Positions 12,574 through 25,931 of a DNA stretch of 64,000 nt are shown here, piece after piece (positions within the stretch are counted from its first letter, which is position 1; each line of letters starts with the position of its first letter). The position numbers and the translations under genes were made by a program. Under the pieces are notes generated by a model. The model did no database searches and was not told where the DNA came from. It was given only the letters and a program-made list of their open reading frames with translations. Where the stretch lies: NCBI GenBank assembly GCA_032718475.1, contig JAUCBJ010004787.1:1-64000 (forward strand), written 5' to 3'. The DNA comes from Nemertoderma westbladi. Taxonomy: Eukaryota; Animalia; Xenacoelomorpha.

Positions 12574-13149
12574 TGTCAGAGCGCAAATTCACTTTGTATG
12601 CATTCCTCGTATGCAAATACTCGGAAATGCATAGGAGCGGGTTTGCGGTGAATTGCGTTGAGAATTTGTCTGGTGGGTATCAAAACAAAATTAAAATTTT
12701 CATAAATGTTTGGAAAATTAAGAATTAAAAATTATAAGTGAACCCAAGACAATTCCAAATGCTATATAGGCCCGTTCTAGGACCTATAAGAACAGTAATT
12801 TGAAAGTCGTGAAGCCTGGAAAATAGTATCTAGACACCATGGTTACGGCTATTATATGTAGGAGTGTAAATTGAGTTCAGTAGCTTCCACAGATTGGTGC
12901 CAACAGTACAACAACCAAGGTGCTAAAGGTTAGTAGCACCAGGGGCGTACACAGACCCCACTCAGTAGTTCGCAGTGGAGTGAGGTGTTCGATAATCAAA
13001 CCTGCGGGTTTGGTATAGTCGAGTGCCCTAATTAATGTCTTTCTAACTACTGTAGTCTATTACAAGTATTGGGGAGTAGTTTGGGCATCAAAAAGTGAGT
13101 CAGTCACGGCCAGTTTATCTCCGAAGTTTTTGAGCTATGCATGGGAATA

Positions 13150-13696
13150 TGTGACGGGATCCGAGAGGATCCCGGTTTATCCGGTGTTGGTTACGTACGC
13201 GTCAGCCGCACCGTGTGATGGAAAAGGTGATAAGTTTGTTGTTCCAGTATTGCTAATAATATGCTGATATGAGAGATATAATAACAGATAGCACTAATGA
13301 CTGAATATGGTAATATACTATGGGTGACGGCGGTGATGGTCCTAACTGTCACCGTACTACCTGACTGTACTGACAGACTGAGATAACTGGATGAGTATTG
13401 CATCGACCGGTAATATATATTGCACGGTTTGGCCTTATTACTGTACCTAGTCGATGCTGTCCCCCCATTGGCTAATATCCCTCCCTGTTGGCACCCTTTG
13501 GAGTGTTTCCCTTCACTCCCTGTGTTCTCTCTCGGTTAGGGGTTTGGCCCCTGACCCCTATTGTGTGTTTCTCCTTCCCTTCCCACTTTATTGGGGTGGC
13601 ACGAGGTTGGGTAATCAACCTCGTGCTCCCAATATTGCTTTACGGTTTAATGGCTCACTTTATGGGGTTTGGTGAGGCGGAATTGATTCGCTAACA
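13150..13696 (-). repeat. 3' LTR of B1
   Basis: Direct repeat of 19098-19640 (a few substitutions and one 4-bp indel); abuts the PPT (CTCCCCCCC on +, 13697-13705). Confidence 0.93.
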
Positions 13697-14169
13697 CTCC
13701 CCCCCATGCTATCTTCCCGGTGAGAAGATAGCATCAACCACTAAGTGCGCTTCAATTCCGCTGGAACTCGATCTATTATCGGGTGTGGGGTGGAGTTATT
13801 TTCTTGGAGTCGGCTTTCCAGGCCGCTCCCTATGGGTATGATCTTACTACCCTCTGGCGTCTCGTGTGGGCCGATCGTGCGCTTCTCTCACACAATTTTT
13901 GTTTCCCCAACACTCTCACCACTCTAACTCCGCTCTCTGACTCAACTCGCTCTTACCCTCTCCCCACACCTGAATCGCACTCTTCTCTCTCGCCAACAGT
14001 TCCTTTCACTATCTCCTCTCTACTCCCTGCCACTCTTTAATGCCCTGACCTCTAATGCTACCCCTGTGCTGTCATACTATCTACCTACTACTCACTTGCT
14101 AACTATCTAACTCTCTTACTAACTCTAACTATCTCTCTAAGCCTACTAACTTTAACTCTAACTCTTCTA

Positions 14170-14920
14170 CTACGTGGCGCTTAGGGTGCCCACAACCCTC
14201 TGCTACTACCTCCATCTACGTGGCGCTTGCGGTGCCCACAACCACTCTACTACTAACTCTAACTAAAACCCTCTTACTAACTCTACCTCCATCTACGTGG
14301 CGCTAACAGTGCCCACAACCACAACCGGTACTACGTACCCTCTTACTAACTCTACCTCCATCTACGTGGCGCTAACGGTGCGCACAACCACTCTACTACT
14401 ACTTTAACTAAAACCCTCTAACTCTCTACTAACTCTAACTATACTTAGTCTACCCCTTTCTACTCTCTACGTGGCGCTTGCGGTGCCCACAACCACTCTT
14501 TCACCACCTCTATCTACGTGGCGCTTGCGGTGCCCACAACCACTCTCTGCTACTACTTTCTAAGTGGCGCTTCCGGTGCCCACAACCACTCTCTTCTACT
14601 ACTTTCTACGTGGCGCTTCCGGTGCCCACAACCACTCTCTGCTACTACTTTCTACGTGGCGCTTCCGGTGCCCACAACCACTCTCTCCTACTACTTTCTA
14701 CGTGGCGCTTCCGGTGCCCACAACCACTCTCTTGCTACTTTCTACGTGGCGCTTCCGGTGCCCACAACCTCTCTACCACCGCTACTTTCTACGTGGCGCT
14801 TCCGGTGCCCACGACCCCCCTACTACTACTACTCGTGGCATGACAATATGCCACACTTCCTTACCCCGCCGCCTTCTAACTTACTCTCCTTCTACGTGGC
14901 GCTTATGGTGCCCACAACCC
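14170..14920. repeat. Array of about 13 hairpin units CTACGTGGCGC-N5-GTGCCCACAACC in B1, downstream of the pol remnant
   Basis: Units read directly from the sequence; period about 46 bp in the regular part; C/T/A-rich spacers. Confidence 0.9.
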
Positions 14921-15145
14921 CCCTACTACTACTCGTGGCATGGCAATATGCCACACTCCCTTACCCCGCCGCCTTCTAACCTCTCTACTTACTATCCTTT
15001 ACTACTTCTAACTTTTACTAACTATTATTTTAATTATTTAATTATTTATTATTGTTTATTTAAATTAAATAATTATTTTTGTGGGAAGGGCGTCTCGCCA
15101 TCATTCCCACCCCCCTCAGTCCAAAATATTGGACGACTAAACCTC

Positions 15146-18100
15146 CTAACTAGGGCGATTCTTCCAACAGGCACTCTCCCACTGCTGCTCTTGTAGGTCC
15201 TGTAGGATTCGCCGCACTCTCTTCGCCAATTCCATCTCACCAGGAATTGGTTCTCCCTCCTCTGCCACCCTGAAATCGGGTCTCTCCGCCGCCTTCTTAA
15301 CTAGCTCATCTCCTGGCATCAAAATGCCACCTCTCTCCTTGTTGTCTCCCGCCGGCAGAATGAATAGAAAGTGAAAGAACAGGCAAAACAGGAGGTACAA
15401 CAGCAGTCCTACCCCTCTCCATCCTGCCCCCCCTCTCGACCTCCCCCCCGTCGGCACGCCTCTCAACCGGACCGGCGTCTCCTCCGGATACTCCCCCGGA
15501 CACCCCTCCGGGCTATTGTCCTCCTGACACTTCACCGGACACTCCTCCGGAGTGTTGTCCCCCGGACACCCCGCCGTCCGCTCCCTTCCATCCCCACACC
15601 GACGCCCGCTGGGAAGTCTATTATCCTCCGCCCACTCTCTTATTGTTACTTTCCTGTCTGGCTCTACTATCTCCTCCGGCTTCTTATCTTCGTCCTCTGT
15701 GTCTACGGTGCCTGGTAACATGCACCCATGGTAACATGTCGTTACTGAACGACCGCCCTCTCCTGATATCTTCTCTGGTACTACCCCGAGTAGTACTTTT
15801 CTCTTCTTCTCTTCTGTTGTGCTCGTAGCTGCTGTTTCTCTACACTCTCCGGATCTGTGTCCTTCTACCACACATCGATGACATAGTCCGTTTGCGTCTG
15901 TGTAGGCTACACGATCTTGTTTGGGCAACGCTTGCCAGTGCTTACAACACCTGGTCTTATGAGTTCCGTCCCGGTGTAGTTGACATTTGAATCCTGGATT
16001 ATAGCGTTCCCTGTATAGTCCCTCACGTATGGCGCGTAGGTTTATATGTACCGATTTAGTGTTTTGGTTGTCTGTGTTCGGCCTACTGGGTATATTGGGA
16101 TTATGTTTATTTATGGTGTTATTTTCTTTCTGTCCCTGCCACGGTGTGGCCCTACTACCAGCTAACTGTGGACTAGCAGTCCCCTGTATGGCCGCGTGTG
16201 GTAGCGACTGTCCGCACGACCTGTTCTTGTCCAAGGGGTTCCATGTTCTTGCTCCTATTGGGGTATATTGTCGATATTGTGATGGGGGAATGTCACCCTG
16301 TCCCCCCCGGCCGGTATGTTTGGTACTGGGGTTGATGTTAATGTATTGGGGCCCATACATCTATCTCCAATAACTCCCCCCTCCCCTGGATATATGTTAT
16401 GTCCCTGTGTATTATAGTCATGCTGCTGTACCGATATAGGCCTACCCACTTCCTGCCTACCTACCGGTATGTACTCCGCGACTTCCAGGTCTAATCCCGT
16501 CGTCCGCGCTACCCTATCGCTTACTCTATCTCTCCCAGCAAGGCCTATAATAGTATGTGCAGTAAGGCCTACAGTATGTCCTGCAGTCTGCATGTGCCCT
16601 TCCGAATCGAAGTTTATTTTTCTCGAATCTCGAATCTCCCCGCGACTACCGTACTCTCGATCGGCAGCTATATCACGTCGGGAAGTTTCCCTTCGATCCC
16701 CTATCCTGCTCTCGTCTTCGTATCGGTACATCCTGTACCCCTCTCCTGGCGTGCGGTGCGTTTCTCCGGGGCGACGGCAATCTCCCGAAGTTCGACCCCA
16801 CTGACTCCCTACCTCCATCTCTACTATCGACGGCTCGCTATCCGTCCTCGCTCTCCGGTTGCTCCTAGCAATGACTCTTCTATTATCTTCCTTTCTTCTC
16901 TCCACCACCTCTCGGTTAAACTCTGCTAATCTTCTTCTATCTTCGACCTCTCTATTATACTCTACTAATCTTCTCCTATCTTCGACCTCTCTATTAAACT
17001 CTACTAATCTTCTCTCTTCTGACTGGGCTCGACGTTCCGTCGCCCGCCCTCTCGCGACGTCAACCTGTCTCTCTCTGCTCGATCGCACGCCGCTGGGGAT
17101 ACTCGCAATCCCCCTATTACTCTCCGTCGCCGGGTGTTGCGGTTTACCTAATTCGGCCCGCGCATTATCCGCCGACGCCTGTGGGACACTCCCTGCCCCC
17201 CCTCTCTCGCTACTAATCCCTCGCGGTGGGGTGCCCGTAGCCCCCCCCCCCACCCGCTACTTCTAACTTCACTATCTCTTACTATACTTCTGCGTCCCTC
17301 TTGTCGGACACTCTCTACCCCCTTTCTCTCGCCACTAATCTTCTGTGGTGGGGCGCCCGTAGCCCCCCCCCCCCCACCCGCTACTTCTAACTTCACTACC
17401 TCTTACTACACTTCTACACCCCTCTTGTGGGGCATTCTCTGCCCCCCCCTCTCTCGCCGCTAATCTCATGTGGTGGGGCGCCCGTAGCCCCCCCCCCCAC
17501 CCGCCACATCTAACTCCAATATCTCTTACTTCGTCTCTACACCCCTCTCTAGTCGACACACTGTTTCTACTACGGCTGGGTCTATTCACCCCCGCCTCTC
17601 TCCCTACTACTGCGAGGCCTACCAGGCCCACCCCGGGTTGGCTCAACCCCGCTACCTCCTGCCTACCAACTACGTGGCCTACCAGGCCGCCGTCGGGTTG
17701 GCGCAACCCCGCCACTTCCTGTCTATTAACTACGTGGCCTACCAGGCCGCCGTCTGCCGGGCTATACACGTCTGACACGCTCATATTAATAGCACCATTC
17801 CCAATATTATTTGTTAAATCAATTAAATTATTAGAATTTGAAATGGGATTATTATTTAAATTATTTAAATTAGAATTATTATTATTTTCAAAATTTAAAT
17901 TGCTAATCGAATTATTTGAATTATTTTGATTATTCTGAATATTTGAATTAATATTATTATTTGAATTTAAACTTAAATTACTACTACCGGGTAAAATATT
18001 TCCTGTAATAAAGGGATTAGGGTTATTTACTACGGTACTATTAATACCAATATTTCCTAACGCACTACTACTGTTCTGTTCTCTTGCCTCACGCTCTTCG

Positions 18101-19023
18101 CGTTCACTCTCTTGCTCCTTCCTTCTCCCCATTATCCACTGTAATTTCTCTCTAGTTCTCTCTAATATCTCTCTAGTTTTTAATTCATACGCTGCCAGAT
18201 TTATCTCCTGTACCCTTCTTTCTTTTGCGGAGGATGTAGCAGACTTATCGGTTGCGACGGACTCCCGCCGCCCCTCCGTCCTACTAACTTTCCCCCACTT
18301 TCCGGGGTCCTCGCTGACCGACGAGACCGAATCCTCGGAGCTAACCTCGGATTCGCCCTCGTGCGGTCCCGCCCAACCCACTAACTTAACTTCCCTGGCA
18401 TCGACTAAGTATGGCCCTATGTACACTACACCAGGCCCCATACCCCTACATTCCCATAGCCCAAACAGTTCGAAGGCAACCCCTCTCGCTCTCTCCTCGG
18501 CCAGTTCTCCCTGCCCAGAACGCACTAGGTAATCAAAGTATCTGTTCGACTCACCTAGTCGTCTCCTCAACTTCACCTGGTCTATCTCAGCCCCTCCTCT
18601 AGCTTCCTTCAGTTGTTCCCGGGTCGCGGCGTAGGCTCGTCGAAGCCGGACGACCCCGACGTCCTCGTCATCGACATCTCCTCTCTCCCTCCGGGTTCGG
18701 CGTCGTACCGTCGGCCCCACCGTTGCCGTTCCGGTGGGCCATCCGTCGCCCTCGGCCTGTGGCTGGCCGGCGACATCGGTATATCGACCGCCGTCGTGTG
18801 TCGACTCGTATCTCTCCTCCCCCGTCTCGCTCTCTCCTCTACTCGACTCGCTCTCTCGCTGTAGACGATCCCCCACATCTTGGTTCGCCGGGTTACTCGT
18901 TATCGACGTGGTCGACGTAGCATCGACCGGCGTCGTGGGTCCGTATCGTCTCGCCGTGGCCTCGCGGATCGTTAGATCGCCGTCCGGGGTCCGCGGCGGT
19001 GTCGTTTCTCTCTCTCGACTCAT
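15146..19023 (-). pseudogene. B1 gag-like region (N-terminus, Asn-rich tract, CCHC knuckles), protease start and pol C-terminal remnant
   Basis: MSRERETTPPRTPD is homologous to B2 MSQSGETTPTRTPD; CHRCVVEGHRSGEC knuckle; VLLGVVP protease start; CLLEESP-stop matches the B2 pol end CLLEGAP-stop. Confidence 0.75.
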
Positions 19024-19097
19024 GTTCGTCCTCTGTCTGTGTCTAGCAGTTACAGTTCGGCAGGCCTAGAGTTAGGACTGGGACGGTTAGTTAGGAC

Positions 19098-19640
19098 TGT
19101 GACGGGATCCGAGAGGATCCCGGTTTATCCGGTGTTGGTTACGTACGCGTCAGCCGCACCGTGTGATGGAAAAGGTGATAAGTTTGTTGTTCCAGTATTG
19201 CTAATAATATGCTGATATGAGAGATATAATAACAGATAGCACTAATGACTGAATATGGTAATATACTATGGGTGACGGCGGTGACGGTCCTAACTGTCAC
19301 CGTACTACCTGACTGTACTGACAGACTGAGATAACTGGATGAGTATTGCATCGACCGGTAATATATATTGCACGGTTTGGCCTTATTACTGTACCTAGTC
19401 GATGCTGTCCCCCCATTGGCTAATATCCCTGTTGGCACCCTTTAGAGTGTTTCCCTTCACTCCCTGTGTTCTCTCTCGGTTAGGGGTTTGGCCCCTGACC
19501 CCTATTGTGTGTTTCTCCTTCCCTTCCCACTTTATTGGGGTGGCACGAGGTTGGGTAATCAACCTCATGCTCACAATATTGCTTTACGGTTTAATGGCTC
19601 ACTTTATGGGGTTTGGTGAGGCGGAATTGATTCGCTAACA
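19098..19640 (-). repeat. 5' LTR of B1
   Basis: Direct repeat of 13150-13696, upstream of the gag ATG at 19023. Confidence 0.93.
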
Positions 19641-21010
19641 GAATAGGTTAGAAGGTAGTTAAGAATGAGATGGGATCTGGAAAGCTGAACCTGAACTGCT
19701 GGAAGGCGGGCCAGGTAGTTCGGGATGTCTATCCCTCCGTACTATCTAACTGATCCACCCACAGTGTAATTAGCTTAAGTAACGGACTATTGGAATATAT
19801 AATATGTATACATATATAATACATGCAATTGAGTAATGATGAGTAAAGACATTCGAGTGGAACCGAGGAGAGGGTTTACTGCCAGGATGGAAGCGGAATT
19901 ACCATTCGCTCATCAAGGATGCAAGGACTCGAACGTTTATTATCACGGGAGGTCGGTATGGAGCTAAATGGGAAATATAAACCCACCTACGACAAGGAGC
20001 TGAGGAGAGAATGAATGCGGGCGTTGGGGATCGCATGGAGGTATTGCGATGAGAATACTGGACTCGATATCCCTACGACTTCACCCTTGATGTATGCGAT
20101 ATTAGCACCGATCCCGATAGGAGATAGCGAGCTTATATTATATGAATATGTATCTGTCGCACGATGAACCTCTACCCGCCATCAGAGATCAATTCGATGG
20201 AATGCATCTTTACTGGAGGACCCGAAGCGAGGACGAGGAGACGCCAAAGGTTTTCAGCGTGTATAAGTTGTTTTATAAATATTATTATTATTAAATGCAG
20301 TGAGTGCATGAATAAACAAGACGTCAATCTCCGACCGACTGAATAAGCTGAATCCCGAACCGATATTGACGTGGTGTAAAGCCCATCAGTTTCTTAGGAA
20401 TAACGAGGGAGGTTACCCGATGAGTAATCCGATGATCAGCATCGATTTTAGCGGAAAGAAACCTCCGACACCTGTTACGCCGACTGTTATGACTTTGGAC
20501 CCGTATACGGAGATTAAACCCCATACAACACCCGCTTTGATAGAAACGGCGGCGGCCATTTCGCTCTACTGAGCCTAACAGGACCTAGAGGCGCAGCGCG
20601 AAGCGGCACGGAACTCGAGTACCAAACCCGCGGGTTTGGAACTCTCGAGTCCCTGGACCACATTCACTTCGCCACAGCAGGAGAGGAAGCTTACACCTGA
20701 GCACCAGGACGAGATAGACGCATTGCTGCAGGAAGAGCGAGCGGCGAAGGTGAAGCAGTTATTCGAAGAGCGTATAGCTGGGTATAACAACACTGCGGAT
20801 AAACATCAGGAGGAGACGAGAAGAGTCACTGGATTTGTTCCACAGGCTGTATCTCAACCTAGACCGGTGTATTATTCCAGCGGAAATGAAGCTGCGATGT
20901 TGGTAGATCACCCAGAGTCGTGTGAAGCCATTTGATTCTTGCCGATAGTGACATTGACGGATCATTGGAATGTCGACTGCTTGAGGGAAGCTTTGCACCG
21001 CTTGGAGCGG

Positions 21011-22972
21011 TGTTACGATATATGGCGCTGTGTACTGAAGCAGCCCATTATACAGTATAAAGTATTTTAGATAAGTCATAATGATGTACAGTCGTGATTA
21101 GATAGGGATAATAAAATATCCAAGTTTATATATTTCATCCGTTTTTTGTACAGTATTTAGTTTGCATATGTAATTTTATAATAAAATCTTAGTAAATAAC
21201 ATTTATTCTGGCAAACTTTCATAAAACTTTAATACAAATTTGCCGTTTATCAATATTGACTGAACTAATTGTGTATTTGTGTTAATTTCCTTTTATATTT
21301 CTCCCTAAATTGGCTTTATATCGAATTTATGCGTAATGTTCTTTAATAGTCGCGAAATAAATGTTATGGCCAGCAACCTATAAGCCCACCCGGTCAGATT
21401 TCATTACCATATATGGTAATAATTTATGAAATGGGGCGAAAGGGATCACAACCCAGCTTCCCCATTGTCCCCCCAGCTGTCTTAGGTTAGTCTAATGGTG
21501 GCAGGGTTTGCTGGACCAATGAACGATTATTGCATCATACATATTTCATCAGCTATAAATTTGCAGTGCTTCAGTATCTTATTACCTATCCTATTCCTAT
21601 CTTGTTACAGTTTTTTCTGTACCCGTTTCCGTTTCTTGTATTACCCATTCTGTATGATTTGAATTCTTTGCTATTTTCTTTCTTCTAATTATGTAAATCG
21701 TTGATGCTGATTCCTCTGATTACTTCTTAATTACAATTTCGAATAATGATTTCTGCATTGACTCTTGATTTCTATGTAATTGAGATGTGATAATCCTTAC
21801 GGGGATTTCTTTCGACTGTCAGACTGTTTGTGAACACATGCGCCGATATGGTAGCTATTTGTTTTAGCATGGAGGGCTAAGGGTACCGGTAGGCGCGGCA
21901 GGCGCACCGTGGAAGCGACGGAGGGAAGTGTGGAGGATCCAATGTGGGGCAAAGCTTGCGGGGGGCCACCGTTGCGGTCGGGCTAATCAGTTAAGGACCG
22001 GGGACCAGTCGTCATTACAGTATTTGGAGGCTGACGATCCAGACTTCGTCTCAACCTTGTAGCATTAGGGGGTAGAATTGGGGGTTTAGTTAGGAGGCCT
22101 AGGTGTGGCTTTGGGTGGCCTTTGCTTCTTACACTGATATACTGATATACTAACGTGCTGGTGTATTAGTACACTAGCAGACTGGTATTCTAGCGCTCTA
22201 GTCGACGTTAGCTGACTGGCGCTGCTATCGCTATCTGCCATACTACTAGCTTTATTGCTACGCTATTTTGTGTATGTTGCTAAAGAGTGCCTGATTCTTG
22301 AATGTGAATGCTTAGATAGGCGCTGTTTTCTTGATTGTTTTCTATTTCTTGGTTTATGCTTATTAACTGTTGCTAGTATAACCCATACGTAATAAATTAG
22401 AAGTACGTATTCTGGAATACTTAGTAATTTGTATGCAAATTCGTATTTATGACACTGTAGTTAATTTAGCAATGTTAGAATAAAATAAAGAATTTGTACG
22501 CAGCATAGCTGAGAGTAGTTTAGGTAATAGTTTTAGAATACCGTAAACTATCTAACGCTAGGCGGTTATTTGAAAATAGCGGGGCAACTGGCTGACAGCG
22601 GTATCTAGTATACAGTAGTAAATCTGCTGGTCTAAAGCCAGCCAAAGACCAAGTTTCGACATTAAGAAAAAAAACAGATTTATTCCATTATAATATTAAA
22701 ATATTCTCACATTCGATATATTCCGCCCTGTAACTTTCAGTGTTTCTGTGATAAGTGAACGCCGAGTGCTAGACCACCCGCACTCATTTTAAGTAGCCTA
22801 GGGAGCCATTTCAGATTTATTGTTTTGGTTATCGCTGTGTGTGGCTCATAGATTCGAACAGTTAGCTCTCTGTTGAGAAATCAACAGAGAAAGGAGCGAG
22901 TGATTGTCGGCGCTGTATAGTCAATAATAGTAAAATATTTTAGCAGATGGCCCGGCTCGCGCTTGCTTAACA
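21011..22972 (+). repeat. About 1.96-kb 3' LTR of BEL-A1
   Basis: TGTTA...TAACA termini; colinear homology with 54863-57167. Confidence 0.85.
21516..21560 (+). promoter_or_regulatory. CCAAT and TATA box in the family A LTR
   Basis: CCAAT at 21516 and TATAAAT at 21554; both conserved in the diverged A2 LTR (55415, 55454). Confidence 0.6.
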
Positions 22973-23164
22973 GATGTAGTTCAAAATCTTTGGTGCATAA
23001 GATGACCACTACATTCCCATATTTCAAAGAAAATTATGAAAAATATGTACATAAGACCTTTTTTGTCTAAACAAAAGTATGACACATAGGTACCTGAAAG
23101 GTACTATGTATATATATATATATACTCACAATATAGAAAGATATATTACTATGAGATTCTACAT

Positions 23165-23650
23165 TCTCATCAGCTCAATCACATACAGTACATGTGTTAC
23201 TCCGAGGGTTGCCAAAGCCAAAATTGAAATCTTCACAGGAAAATTTCCAATAAAAATGTTCCTCAATGGTCGGATTAAAGTGCACCATTCCTGGTACAAA
23301 GTAGTACATTTTAGAAATTGAAAGAGATGCCAACAAGTACTGGCGATTTGGATTAACCTTACGAGACTAATGGGAAGCATCTGATGGAAAATTCAATATA
23401 TGCTCCTTCACACGGTTTATATCTTCTTGAGAGTATGCCCGTGGATGGTTCTCATGCCTGCCAGTAAGAATTTCTTTCAGCATACTTTGAGACCTGACAT
23501 TCTTTAGGGTTTTGCTGCTCACTTTCAACAAACCGCACAATGCATCCATGCATATGTTTACAGATGTATCACCATATTCACCAATCTTAATTGAATACTT
23601 GTATGAATTGTTTTTCATTTTGATAGCATTCTGGTGATGGTGACGAACAC
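23165..23650 (-). pseudogene. Degenerate Sola-like DNA transposase fragment
   Basis: GRHENHP...VKEHILNFPSDASH*SR..NPNRQYL...LSISKMY followed by FNFGFGNPRSNTCTVCD; recognised family pattern, not searched. Confidence 0.55.
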
Positions 23651-25931
23651 TTGTCTGTTCTATACAGGACTTAATATTTATATATAATATTAATATTAAT
23701 ATATATATATATGTTTACCCCTTCTGTCAAGGCTATAAAAGTGATTAAAAATATCATTTTTTTAATCAACCCAATTATCGGATGTGTAGCTGGTATTTGT
23801 TTTCTTTGTAATTTGTATGGGCGTGGCCGTAATTGTAAGCTTTCTTCCATTGTGCAACTTTGCATTTCGATGGAGTACTCCTTCTTTTTCTCGAAGTTGC
23901 ACCTTCTGTACCAACACCAGATACCAGTAGTTCCTCATCAAACCCTCTAAACTCACTACACTCACTTTCACTTTCCCATTCATCACAACCAGCTTCTTTG
24001 TTCAATTTGATACCGGTACTGGTGGAAGGCCTAGGCTTATAAAATTCATTATGCCTACCGATTTCCTAGCTACCAACAGCTTCATTATTCAATGCGATAC
24101 TGTTAACCCTATCCAATTCCTTATGATGCCTACCGATTTCCTCTAGCTTCGTTATTCAATTCGTTAGGCTTAGGCTTATCCAACTCGTTATGCCTACCTA
24201 TTTCCTCATTACCAACTTCGTTGTTCATTTCGTTCCCGCCTACTAAACCATCTGTAGATTTGTAGATGTAGAGTTTCATCCTTTTCAGAATTGTCCAAAA
24301 AGCTGTCTTCATTGTCATTGTCAGAGCAGATGATCGTCTGCTCACTGTGCTGCGCAGTACTTGTCGACTAGTTTTACATGAGTATCAGAGGGGCAATTTA
24401 ACCAGAAAGCTGAGCATCTACGACCATTCAACATTGGCATCTATTCATCCAGTAACAAGATCTGCTTCAACAAGCCAATGCGAATATGAGGTGTGCCGAT
24501 TGTCACGATTGCCTAAGGTTGGGATCCCTAAAGCTGCTATCACAACACAACCATCTGCTGGAAGGCCTAGTGGATCTGAATAGCCTCGCAATGTTCACCT
24601 GTCAACAATACCTCTCTGTGAAATCTGTCTCTCAGCACTGGCAAAGGGAATTGTATACCGTATATTGTATTATGACTTGTAAAAATACAACTAAATGCCT
24701 ACGTCTACAGATATAGCTGCAGTTGACATTTTCCAGTAATCTATCAGTAAGGATTAACTGGAACCTCTAGCAGGGTCCAAGATTTATCTAAATTCAAGCA
24801 ATGAAGCATGGAAAATAATTTGAGTTCAGTTTGGTTTACATCTAAGAAGGAACCTAATTTGAAAATGTATATTAATGGGGTAAGGAAGAAACATAGTGTG
24901 ATAAGATACAATAATATCAGAATAAAATGCAAAGGCATGCATTGTTGCAAATTTCTCAAAATGCTGCCGATAATGATAATCATAATTCACAATTGGAAGG
25001 TAACCCATTGGGGTCGAGCGTTCCTTATATAGCGTTCCTTACCCTCCTATATGGTTATATTCTGAGGCTCTGACTGATGAATTATTACAGGCTTGGCTCC
25101 TTGAAGTAGCCAGGGGGTGGTGGGGCACTTCTACTGGTGTGGGATTGCATACCGCTGTACTTGCTTCTTTCTCCTTTAGACTGGAGTGGGGGATGAGGCA
25201 TAAAACTGGCTTGCCATAGATATAGTATTTATTACTTTTATGGCTCGGCTTAGAGGTAGCTGGTGAAGTCCTTTTTGTGAAATTTAAACAAAATTCTTTA
25301 AATAAATTTGAGTCTACTATTAATAAAGCTTTTTTTCTATAACGTAGCCCAATACATCATTTGAAGAATTTTCAAAGTAGAATTTGCATTTCCTAGTAAC
25401 AACAATAATATCTCCCCCCCCCCCCTCTCTAATAGGGTTAATTTATTTGTATATATATTTATCATTGAATCATATCATTTCGATTATTGATCATATATAT
25501 AACATATTGGATCCTGAATCTCTAAGATAGGTTTATCAATAGATCTTTAGCAATAGTCCCGTTTATGTAACCCTTCATGAGCTTTACTAAGGTATTTAAT
25601 AGGAAATTCCCAAATATGTTTTATTGTGTACCCATATATTTATATTTTTTTAAACTTCATAGCAAGACGGCATGCAAAAAAAGAAAATAGTATGTTACTT
25701 TATTTATATTGGCTAAAACCTATGTACAATGCGCTTCTCTGTCGCATCATTGCATCCTTCCTGCTATTGATGATTGGTTAGGCAGAGTATCCAGAGATAT
25801 TTTAAATTCATCCGAGCTTCCGTTTGAGCTTCCTATTGCTTTATTTTATCTGTAGTATGTAGGTGTATGTATATATTACATAACCTGGCTGTTAAACAAT
25901 TTCTATCAATTTCTATCATCAATATCACATC

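Larger units (their letters stand above)
13150..19640 (-). mobile_element. BEL/Pao family B non-autonomous copy (B1), internally deleted, nested in the A1 3' region
   Basis: TG...CA LTRs that are nearly identical, TSD GAATA at 13145-13149 and 19641-19645, PPT next to the left LTR, and homology to B2. Confidence 0.92.
4304..22972 (+). mobile_element. BEL/Pao LTR retrotransposon, family A copy 1 (5'-truncated, degenerate; hosts a LINE and element B1)
   Basis: Order gag-PR-RT-RH-IN then a 3' LTR at 21011-22972. Gag/PR are closely homologous to 60470-62820. Confidence 0.9.

Noticed and set aside
14478-15196. Three overlapping repetitive ORFs
   Set aside because: They are translations of the 46-bp tandem array, antisense to B1.
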